Below, piece by piece: positions 57,128 through 64,000 of a DNA stretch of 64,000 nucleotides. The first letter of the stretch is position 1; every line of letters begins with the position of its first letter. The DNA is from Comamonadaceae bacterium (GTDB lineage: Bacteria > Pseudomonadota > Gammaproteobacteria > Burkholderiales > Burkholderiaceae_C), in contig JAIYBZ010000003.1 of assembly GCA_027488255.1 (NCBI GenBank), positions 5,221 through 69,220 of the forward strand. The letters run 5' to 3'. The notes beneath the pieces are model-generated. The model saw only the letters and a program-made list of their open reading frames with translations. It was not told where the DNA came from and made no database searches. A program made the position numbers and the translations under genes.

Positions 57128-58572
57128 TGCGTTATCTGTCTACCCGTGGTCATGCCGACCGCAAACAATTTTGTGAAATTTTGCTGGAGGGCTTGGCGCC
57201 GGATGGCGGCTTGTACTTGCCCGAGCGTTATCCCCAGCTCGGACCGGCCGAATTGCAAAATTTGCGTCAAGTCTGGCAAAGCCAAGGGTATGCGGCGTTG
57301 GCCTTTGAAGTTCTGTCGCTCTACATCGACGACATTCCCCGCGACGACCTGAAGGCCCTTTGCCAAAAGACCTATACCTCGGCGGTTTTCGGCACCCCTG
57401 AAATCGTGCCGCTCAAGCCCCTGAAAAGAGCGGGTCAAAGCCAAGCCGAGTTGTTGCTTGAGGCCTTGTCGAACGGGCCGACCTTGGCTTTCAAAGACAT
57501 GGCCATGCAGTTGCTGGGCAATTTGTTTGAGTACGAGTTGGCGCGCCGTGGCGAAACCTTGAATATTTTGGGCGCCACTTCGGGCGATACCGGCAGCGCT
57601 GCCGAATACGCCATGCGCGGTAAAAAAGGTGTGCGGGTTTTCATGACCAGTCCGCACGGCCGCATGAGCCCGTTTCAGCAAGCGCAGATGTTCAGTTTGT
57701 TGGACGAAAACATCCACAACATGGCCATCGAAGGTGTCTTTGACGACTGCCAAGACATTGTCAAAGCCGTGTCCAATGATTTGGCGTTCAAACAGCGCTA
57801 CAAAATCGGCACCGTGAACTCCATCAATTGGGCGCGCTTGCTGGCCCAGGTGGTGTATTACTTTGCGGGGTATTTCCAAGCCACCCAAAGCGATCTGCAA
57901 AAAGTCAGTTTCACCGTTCCCAGCGGTAATTTTGGCAACGTGTGTGCCGGTCACGTCGCCCGCATGATGGGTTTGCCAATTGACCGTTTGGTTGTGGCCA
58001 CCAATGAAAATGACGTGCTGGATGAATTTTTCAGAACCGGTGTTTACCGGGTACGCGGCACGGCCGACACGCACGAAACTTCCAGTCCCTCGATGGACAT
58101 TTCAAAAGCCAGTAACTTTGAGCGCTTTGTTTTTGACCTGCTGGACCGCGATGGCGTGACCACGAAAGAGATTTTTGGTGCGGGTCTCCAACAAAAGGGT
58201 TGCTTCGATTTGTCGGCTGACCCGCGCTTTGCAAAAGCCGCAGCGGTGTTTGGCTTTGAAAGCGGGCGCAGCACCCACAGCGATCGCTTGAAGACGATTC
58301 AGCAGGTGTATGCAAACTACGGCGTGATGATCGACACCCACACAGCAGACGGGGTGAAAGTGGCTCAAGAACACTTGAAGCCCGATGTCCCCATGGTGGT
58401 TTTAGAGACGGCCTTGCCCATCAAGTTTGCGGCGACCATTGTGCAGGCATTGGGCCGCCAGCCGGATCGTCCGCCACAATTTGAAGGCATTGAAGCTTTG
58501 CCCAAGCGGGTTCATGTCATGAAAGCCGATGTGAATCTGGTGAAAGCATTTATCCAACAACACTGCGATTGA
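57127..58572 (+). CDS. thrC: threonine synthase
   Basis: MRYLSTRG N-terminus and PLP-lysine motif GPTLAFKDMA. TGATG overlap with hom. Confidence 0.95.
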   Translation: MRYLSTRGHADRKQFCEILLEGLAPDGGLYLPERYPQLGPAELQNLRQVWQSQGYAALAFEVLSLYIDDIPRDDLKALCQKTYTSAVFGTPEIVPLKPLKRAGQSQAELLLEALSNGPTLAFKDMAMQLLGNLFEYELARRGETLNILGATSGDTGSAAEYAMRGKKGVRVFMTSPHGRMSPFQQAQMFSLLDENIHNMAIEGVFDDCQDIVKAVSNDLAFKQRYKIGTVNSINWARLLAQVVYYFAGYFQATQSDLQKVSFTVPSGNFGNVCAGHVARMMGLPIDRLVVATNENDVLDEFFRTGVYRVRGTADTHETSSPSMDISKASNFERFVFDLLDRDGVTTKEIFGAGLQQKGCFDLSADPRFAKAAAVFGFESGRSTHSDRLKTIQQVYANYGVMIDTHTADGVKVAQEHLKPDVPMVVLETALPIKFAATIVQALGRQPDRPPQFEGIEALPKRVHVMKADVNLVKAFIQQHCD

Positions 58573-58577
58573 TATCG

Positions 58578-59837
58578 ATGTCCACTGCGCCACGTGCCCC
58601 CTTGATGTCGCTCGACGACGCGCTGAAGGCCCTGTTGTCGCACATCAGCCCGCTGGATCGGGCGGAGTCGGTCCCCACCTGGGACGCCGACACGCGCGTG
58701 TTGGCGCAAGATCTGGTATCGCCATTGCAAGTGCCTGCCTTTGACAATTCGTCGATGGATGGCTACGCCGTGCGCAGTGCAGATGTGCCTACAGCAGGTG
58801 TTGAATTGAAGGTGACGCAACGCATACCGGCGGGTCATTTTGGTCAGCCTTTGTTGCCCGGACAAGCCGCACGCATCTTCACAGGAGCGCCTTTGCCGCC
58901 CGGCGCGGACGCCATCGTGATGCAAGAGCAAGCCGAGGCCGTGACCGAAGCCGACACCACCCGTGTGCGCATATTGACGACAGTGCAAGCGGGGCAATGG
59001 GTGCGTTACAGCGGTGAGGACATTCGCAGTGGCGATACGGTGTTGATGCACGGCCAAAAGCTGGGCCCGGCGCACCTGGGCTTGGCCGCCAGCTTGGGGA
59101 TGGCGCAACTTTGGGTGAAAGCACGCCCGAAAGTGGCGCTGTTTTCTACCGGTGACGAGTTGGTCATGCCCGGTGATGTGGCCCCAGCCGATCTGCGCCC
59201 TGGCACCATTTACAACTCGAATCGGTTTTTCTTGCGCGCCTTGTTGCAGCGCATGGGCTGCGAGGTGAGTGATTTGGGCATTGTTCCTGACAACCGCGAA
59301 GCCACTGAGGCCGCCTTGCAAACGGCTGCTGAGCAGCACGATTTGATCGTCACCAGTGGCGGTGTGTCGGTGGGCGAAGAAGACCATGTGAAACCGGCCG
59401 TGCAGGCCTTGGGCGCTTTGTCGCTGTGGCAAATTGCCATGAAGCCCGGAAAACCCTTTGCTTATGGCCATGTGCGCCGAGCAGGGCAAACGGAGCAAGC
59501 CCATTTCGTGGGCTTGCCCGGCAACCCCGTGTCCAGTTTTGTGACTTTTTTGCTGTTGGTTAAACCCCTGATCTTGGCCCTTCAAGGGGCTGCCCATTCG
59601 GCTCCGCGCAGTGTCGCCTTGCGGGCTGATTTTGATTGGCCAAAAGCCGACAAGCGGCGTGAGTTTTTGCGCGTGCGCCGCAATGCCCAAGGGGGCCTGG
59701 ACCTGTTTCCCAACCAAAGCTCTGGCGTCTTGACCTCGATGGTTTGGGCCGATGGGGTGGTGGACAACCCGGCGGGCCACACCATTGCGCGTGGCGATAC
59801 GGTGAATTTTTGGCCCATGTCGGAGTGGTTGTCATGA
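58578..59837 (+). CDS. moeA: molybdopterin molybdotransferase
   Basis: Motifs SSMDGYAV and TSGGVSVGEEDH. The ATG at 58578 is preferred over the tracked TTG at 58569. Confidence 0.9.
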   Translation: MSTAPRAPLMSLDDALKALLSHISPLDRAESVPTWDADTRVLAQDLVSPLQVPAFDNSSMDGYAVRSADVPTAGVELKVTQRIPAGHFGQPLLPGQAARIFTGAPLPPGADAIVMQEQAEAVTEADTTRVRILTTVQAGQWVRYSGEDIRSGDTVLMHGQKLGPAHLGLAASLGMAQLWVKARPKVALFSTGDELVMPGDVAPADLRPGTIYNSNRFFLRALLQRMGCEVSDLGIVPDNREATEAALQTAAEQHDLIVTSGGVSVGEEDHVKPAVQALGALSLWQIAMKPGKPFAYGHVRRAGQTEQAHFVGLPGNPVSSFVTFLLLVKPLILALQGAAHSAPRSVALRADFDWPKADKRREFLRVRRNAQGGLDLFPNQSSGVLTSMVWADGVVDNPAGHTIARGDTVNFWPMSEWLS

Positions 59838-60085
59838 AGATCCAAGTCCGTTTTTTTGCCTCTTTGCGCGAGAACATCGGGGTGGCCCAAGAAGGGGTAG
59901 AAACCGAGGCCCACAATGTGGGCGATCTGCGCCGTCAGCTGCAAGAGCGCGGCGGTGCCTATGCAGAAGCTTTGGCCAGCCAACGACCCGTCCGCGTGGC
60001 TGTTAACCAGCTCATGGCACAGGACGAGACACCTTTGCAAGACGGTTGTGAAGTGGCGTTTTTCCCGCCTGTCACCGGAGGGTGA
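59834..60085 (+). CDS. moaD: molybdopterin synthase sulfur-carrier subunit
   Basis: 83 aa, ubiquitin-like, with C-terminal PPVTGG. ATGA overlap with the moeA stop. Confidence 0.85.
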   Translation: MKIQVRFFASLRENIGVAQEGVETEAHNVGDLRRQLQERGGAYAEALASQRPVRVAVNQLMAQDETPLQDGCEVAFFPPVTGG

Positions 60086-60089
60086 TCCC

Positions 60090-60578
60090 GTGTTTCAAAG
60101 CGTATCGATTCAAAGCGAAGATTTTGATGTGGCGCATGAGCTGCAAGCCTTGCGAGCCCACGACTTGCGAGTGGGCGCTGTTTGCAGCTTTGTCGGAACA
60201 GTTCGCGACACGCGCGCCTTGACCGGCCAAGCCGCTGACGAAATACAGTCGATGGAGCTGGAGCATTACCCGGGCATGACCGAAAAATCGATCGAAGCCA
60301 TGATCGAAGAAGCCCATCGCCGTTTCGACTTTTACGCGGCTCGCGTGGTGCACCGTGTGGGACGTTTGATGCCAGCCGACCAAATTGTTTTGGTGGCGGT
60401 GACCTCGGCGCACCGAGGTGAGAGTTTCAAGGCCTGCGAGTTCCTGATGGACTATCTGAAGACGCAAGCGCCTTTTTGGAAAAAAGAGCAAACGCCTCAA
60501 GGCGCCCAATGGGTGGACGCCCGTGTCTCAGACGACGCGGCTTTGGCGCGCTGGGGCATCCAAGCCGACAACGCCTGA
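60090..60578 (+). CDS. moaE: molybdopterin synthase catalytic subunit
   Basis: GAVCSFVGTVRD...LEHYPGM...HRVG...AHRGESF...PFWKKE motifs. GTG start 5 nt after the moaD stop. Confidence 0.85.
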   Translation: MFQSVSIQSEDFDVAHELQALRAHDLRVGAVCSFVGTVRDTRALTGQAADEIQSMELEHYPGMTEKSIEAMIEEAHRRFDFYAARVVHRVGRLMPADQIVLVAVTSAHRGESFKACEFLMDYLKTQAPFWKKEQTPQGAQWVDARVSDDAALARWGIQADNA

Positions 60579-60589
60579 GCTGCAAACGC

Positions 60590-61165
60590 TCAGTGCATCA
60601 GGGAGCGTGGTGTCGCCGCAGGGTCAGGGTCGGCGTTGGTGCCTGCGGTTGGATGGAGGTTGGCGCCGAGGCGGTCGCTTGCAGGGGGCAGGGCCCAGTT
60701 GGCGTGGCTTGCGGTTTGCGCCATTAAATGAATCAGGCCATGCACCAAAGGCGCTTGCAAATTGAGCGTGCATGCCAATGGAGGCTGCGCCGAAGTGTTC
60801 AAAAAAATGACCTCCAGGCTCTGCTGGGCGGTGTGATTCAGCTGGACATCGGTGATCAACAGCGGTTCTTCGCCCAGCGGCCTTTGCGGTGCTTCTACCG
60901 CGTAGGGCGTTGCAAAGTCGGCTTCTTGTAAAAAAGCATCCCGCTTCAATTCGGTCAACAAAGATTGCGCTTGGGCGTCGCTGGTAGCGAGGCCCGGTTG
61001 TGCGGCCTCGAGTCGCGCCACCATTTGTGTCAGGGCAGGCAACAGCAAAAAAACCATTCGGCGCGTCAGCCAAAAGCGAAATTCCTCATTCGCCAAGGTG
61101 TTGAGTCTGAGCAACAGGCGGTCTTGGCGCTCATCGTGGCTGACGGACAACTGGTGAATGTTCAT
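60590..61165 (-). CDS. hypothetical protein (191 aa), no family recognised
   Basis: Coding-like ORF between moaE and clpB, divergent from clpB, with a Pro/Ala-rich C-terminal tail. Confidence 0.55.
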   Translation of the reverse strand: MNIHQLSVSHDERQDRLLLRLNTLANEEFRFWLTRRMVFLLLPALTQMVARLEAAQPGLATSDAQAQSLLTELKRDAFLQEADFATPYAVEAPQRPLGEEPLLITDVQLNHTAQQSLEVIFLNTSAQPPLACTLNLQAPLVHGLIHLMAQTASHANWALPPASDRLGANLHPTAGTNADPDPAATPRSLMH

Positions 61166-61202
61166 TCTTTGATTTTAGGCAAGCCCGGTCTTTCTACCAA
61201 GC

Positions 61203-61230
61203 CTTGAAAATGGGCCATCATCCCCAAAAT
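61203..61230 (+). promoter_or_regulatory. sigma-32 (RpoH) heat-shock promoter of clpB
   Basis: CTTGAAA-N12-CCCCAAAAT compared with the consensus CTTGAAA-N13/14-CCCCATNT. It ends 22 nt upstream of the clpB ATG. Confidence 0.7.
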
Positions 61231-61251
61231 AGGGTTGAACGGAGAATTTTC

Positions 61252-63858
61252 ATGCGACTTGACAAACTGACCACCAAATTTCACGAAGCCCTGTCGGACG
61301 CGCAATCCCTCGCCCTGGGGCGCGACCACGCTTACATTGAACCGGTCCACGTGCTGTTGGCCATGCTCAAGCAAGAGGACGGTCCAAAAGCCTTGCTCAT
61401 GCGTGCGGGAGTCCAGGTGCAGGGCTTGACGATGGCGGCTGAAGCGGCGCTGGGGCGACTGCCCCAAGTGACGGGACAAGACCAGGTGCAAGTGGGCCCG
61501 GAGTTGGCCAAGTTGCTGCAAGCGGCAGAAAAAGAGTCCATCAAGCGCGGCGATGCCTTTATTGCCAGTGAATTGTTTTTGTTGGCGATGACCGACAACA
61601 AGGGCGATATGGGGCGTCTGGTCAAAGAGCATGGTCTCACGCGCATGCAGCTTGAAATGGCCATCGATGCGTTGCGCGGCGGTCAGACGGTGGGCAATGC
61701 CGATGCTGAAAGCCAACGCGAGGCCCTGAAAAAATATTGCATTGATCTGACCGAGCGTGCGCGGATAGGCAAGCTGGATCCAGTGATTGGACGTGACGAC
61801 GAAATTCGCCGCGCCATTCAGGTCTTGCAACGGCGCACCAAAAACAACCCGGTGCTGATTGGTGAACCCGGTGTTGGCAAAACCGCCATCGTCGAAGGCT
61901 TGGCGCAACGCATCGTGGCCGGCGAAGTGCCCGACTCTTTGCAGGGCAAGCGTGTGTTGTCACTGGACATGGCGGCCTTGTTGGCCGGCGCGAAGTTCCG
62001 AGGCGAATTCGAAGAACGCCTCAAGTCGGTCTTGAATGAACTCTCCAAAGACCAAGGCCAAACGATTTTGTTCATTGACGAACTCCACACCATGGTGGGA
62101 GCCGGTAAAGCCGAAGGCGCCATGGACGCGGGGAACATGCTCAAGCCGGCTTTGGCCCGCGGTGAGTTGCATTGCGTGGGGGCCACCACCCTCGACGAGT
62201 ACCGCAAATACATCGAGAAAGATGCGGCGTTGGAGCGGCGGTTTCAAAAAATCTTGGTCAACGAACCCACCGTTGAAGCGACCATTGCCATTTTGCGAGG
62301 GCTGCAAGAAAAATACGAAATTCACCATGGCGTGGACATCACCGACCCGGCCATTGTGGCGGCGGCCGAATTGAGCCATCGCTACATCACCGATCGCTTT
62401 TTGCCGGACAAGGCCATCGATTTGATCGACGAGGCTGCGGCCAAGATCAAAATCGAAATCGACTCCAAGCCCGAAGTCATGGACAAGCTCGATCGGCGGT
62501 TGATTCAATTGCAAATTGAGCGGGAAGCGGTGCGCAAAGAGCACGACGAAGCGTCACAAAAACGCTTGGCCTTGATTGAGGAAGAAATCACCAAGCTCAA
62601 AAAAGAAGCGGCTGATTTGGAAGAAATTTGGCATGCCGAAAAGGCGCAAGCCCAAGGGGGCCAACAGGTGCGTGAGCAAATTGACCAGATGCGCCAACAG
62701 ATCGAGGACCTCACCCGCAAAGGCGATTTCAACAAAGTGGCCGAATTGCAATACGGCAAGTTGCCGGCCTTGGAAAAAATCCTCAAGGAAGTGCAAGCCA
62801 AAGAAGCTTTGCCCGGTGAAAAACCGGTGCATCGGCTCTTGCGCACCCAAGTCGGGGCTGAAGAAATTGCCGAAATCGTGTCGCGTGCCACTGGCATTCC
62901 TGTGTCAAAAATGATGCAGGGTGAACGCGAAAAGCTGCTGCTCATGGAAGCCAAGTTGCACCAACGCGTGGTGGGTCAAGATGTCGCCATTTCAGCGGTG
63001 GCCAACGCCATTCGCCGCTCGCGTTCGGGACTGTCAGACCCGAACCGACCCACCGGTTCCTTTTTGTTTTTGGGGCCGACAGGCGTTGGCAAAACCGAGC
63101 TTTGCAAAGCATTGGCTGGCTTTTTGTTTGACAGCGAAGACCACATGGTTCGCGTCGACATGAGTGAGTTCATGGAGAAGCATTCGGTGGCCCGCTTGAT
63201 TGGTGCGCCTCCCGGCTATGTGGGCTATGAAGAGGGCGGCTACTTGACCGAGGCCGTGCGGCGCAAACCCTACAGCGTGCTGTTGCTGGACGAAATCGAA
63301 AAAGCCCACCCCGATGTGTTCAACATCTTGCTGCAAGTGCTCGACGACGGACGACTGACCGATGGCCAAGGTCGGACAGTGGATTTCAAAAACACCGTGA
63401 TCGTCATGACTTCCAACTTGGGCTCGCGCGTGATCCAGTCGATGGTGGGCAAGCCCGATGACGATGTGAAAGAAGCGGTTTGGGATGAACTGAAAGCGCA
63501 CTTCCGTCCCGAATTTTTAAACCGCATCGACGAAACCGTGGTCTTCCATGGCTTGGACGCTGAGCACATCGCATCGATTGCCTCGATCCAACTGCAAGTG
63601 CTGCGGGATCGCCTGTTGCGCATGGATTTGCATTTGGAGGTCACGCCTGCGGCTTTGGCTGAATTGGCCAAAGTCGGCTTTGACCCGGTGTTCGGCGCGC
63701 GTCCATTGAAGCGGGCGATTCAACAGCGGCTGGAGAACCCCTTGTCGCGCTTGTTGCTTGAGGGACGTTTTCCGCCCAAATGCCAAATTCAAGTGTCCGT
63801 CGACCCGGTTCGAAATCCAGGGCAATTTGAATTCAAGGTGGTGCAAGCCGCTGCCTAA
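61252..63858 (+). CDS. clpB: ATP-dependent chaperone ClpB
   Basis: GGAGA RBS. Two AAA+ modules (GEPGVGKTA and GPTGVGKTE), a long coiled-coil middle domain, 868 aa. The in-frame GTG at 61690 (Val147) corresponds to the internal start known for E. coli ClpB-80; this is inference only. Confidence 0.95.
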   Translation: MRLDKLTTKFHEALSDAQSLALGRDHAYIEPVHVLLAMLKQEDGPKALLMRAGVQVQGLTMAAEAALGRLPQVTGQDQVQVGPELAKLLQAAEKESIKRGDAFIASELFLLAMTDNKGDMGRLVKEHGLTRMQLEMAIDALRGGQTVGNADAESQREALKKYCIDLTERARIGKLDPVIGRDDEIRRAIQVLQRRTKNNPVLIGEPGVGKTAIVEGLAQRIVAGEVPDSLQGKRVLSLDMAALLAGAKFRGEFEERLKSVLNELSKDQGQTILFIDELHTMVGAGKAEGAMDAGNMLKPALARGELHCVGATTLDEYRKYIEKDAALERRFQKILVNEPTVEATIAILRGLQEKYEIHHGVDITDPAIVAAAELSHRYITDRFLPDKAIDLIDEAAAKIKIEIDSKPEVMDKLDRRLIQLQIEREAVRKEHDEASQKRLALIEEEITKLKKEAADLEEIWHAEKAQAQGGQQVREQIDQMRQQIEDLTRKGDFNKVAELQYGKLPALEKILKEVQAKEALPGEKPVHRLLRTQVGAEEIAEIVSRATGIPVSKMMQGEREKLLLMEAKLHQRVVGQDVAISAVANAIRRSRSGLSDPNRPTGSFLFLGPTGVGKTELCKALAGFLFDSEDHMVRVDMSEFMEKHSVARLIGAPPGYVGYEEGGYLTEAVRRKPYSVLLLDEIEKAHPDVFNILLQVLDDGRLTDGQGRTVDFKNTVIVMTSNLGSRVIQSMVGKPDDDVKEAVWDELKAHFRPEFLNRIDETVVFHGLDAEHIASIASIQLQVLRDRLLRMDLHLEVTPAALAELAKVGFDPVFGARPLKRAIQQRLENPLSRLLLEGRFPPKCQIQVSVDPVRNPGQFEFKVVQAAA

Positions 63859-63875
63859 AGGGGATACCCGCCGTA

Positions 63876-63901
63876 CCAGGGCCTCGCGCCCTTGGGTTTT
63901 T
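63876..63901 (+). terminator. rho-independent terminator after clpB
   Basis: CCAGGGC-CTCGC-GCCCTTGG (one bulged T) followed by GTTTTT. Confidence 0.6.
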
Positions 63902-64000
63902 ACGCGCTAAACTGCCTTCCGAGCGGCGGGGTGATTGTGTTCATGTTCAGAACGAGCAAGCCCCAACGCCACGGAATTGTGGTGCGGGATGCAGATGGGT

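Noticed and set aside
58512-59780. 422-aa ORF antisense to moeA; similar long antisense or out-of-frame ORFs lie at 10190-11512, 15303-16448, 30469-31476, 34078-35361, 55613-57070 and 56974-58074
   Set aside because: Same reasoning. Each is opposite or out of frame to a confidently identified conserved gene, has no recognisable motif, and has Arg/Gly/Gln/His-biased composition.
1-64000. Search by eye for CRISPR arrays, IS elements or transposases, integrases, prophage genes, toxin-antitoxin pairs, restriction-modification or other defence modules, rRNA, tmRNA/RNase P/SRP/6S RNAs and riboswitches
   Set aside because: None found. Intergenic regions are short (mostly under 200 nt) and are accounted for by promoters and terminators. 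Every large ORF except three has a housekeeping-type assignment. A covariance-model scan (Rfam) would be needed to exclude small ncRNAs.

Overview
No clearly novel system found. This reads as an ordinary, densely packed core-chromosome segment of a GC-rich betaproteobacterium. It is probably Burkholderiales or Comamonadaceae-like; that is inferred from protein sequences and the EF-P/EarP pair, not computed. Family calls come from motifs I can read in the supplied translations. No BLAST or HMM search was possible.

Gene content, in order:
- small basic ORF, MAPEG-like protein, tRNA-Leu, acidic hypothetical protein, UMF1-type MFS transporter
- murI, class I fumarase, yqhA-like, acs
- recC-recB-recD operon, ggt
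- unknown polytopic membrane protein, SDR 3-hydroxyacyl-CoA dehydrogenase, DUF423 protein
- ahpC-ahpF, orphan Fe3+ binding protein, patatin-like lipoprotein, phasin
- a co-directional block: HDAC-like deacetylase, thioesterase, nitroreductase, fused LivHM permease, two ABC ATPases
- pncB, NhaD/ArsB-type permease, 2-hydroxyacid dehydrogenase, rmuC, MFS transporter
- LOG-family protein, efp, earP, uvrC, pgsA, EamA transporter, tartrate-dehydrogenase-like enzyme
- hupB, tRNA-Val, ppiD, tRNA-His, dnaB, PIN-PhoH ATPase, bcp, Mth938-like protein
- aminotransferase, hom-thrC, moeA-moaD-moaE, an unknown protein, clpB

I found no CRISPR array, IS element, integrase, prophage or recognisable defence island.

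Items most worth a second look:
1. A 57-nt homopurine GGGAAA-type microsatellite in the divergent ggt / unknown-membrane-protein promoter region.
2. A tightly coupled six-gene cluster joining a deacetylase, thioesterase and nitroreductase to a binding-protein-less HAAT-type ABC importer.
3. Three proteins I cannot place in any family: 965-1591, 20156-21001 and 60590-61165.
4. Several clean regulatory sites: a TTGACGT-N-ACGTCAA operator, a Fur box, a sigma-32 promoter, a LysR/OxyR-type box and a perfect DnaA box.

The many long antisense ORFs in the track are GC-driven shadow ORFs and were rejected.
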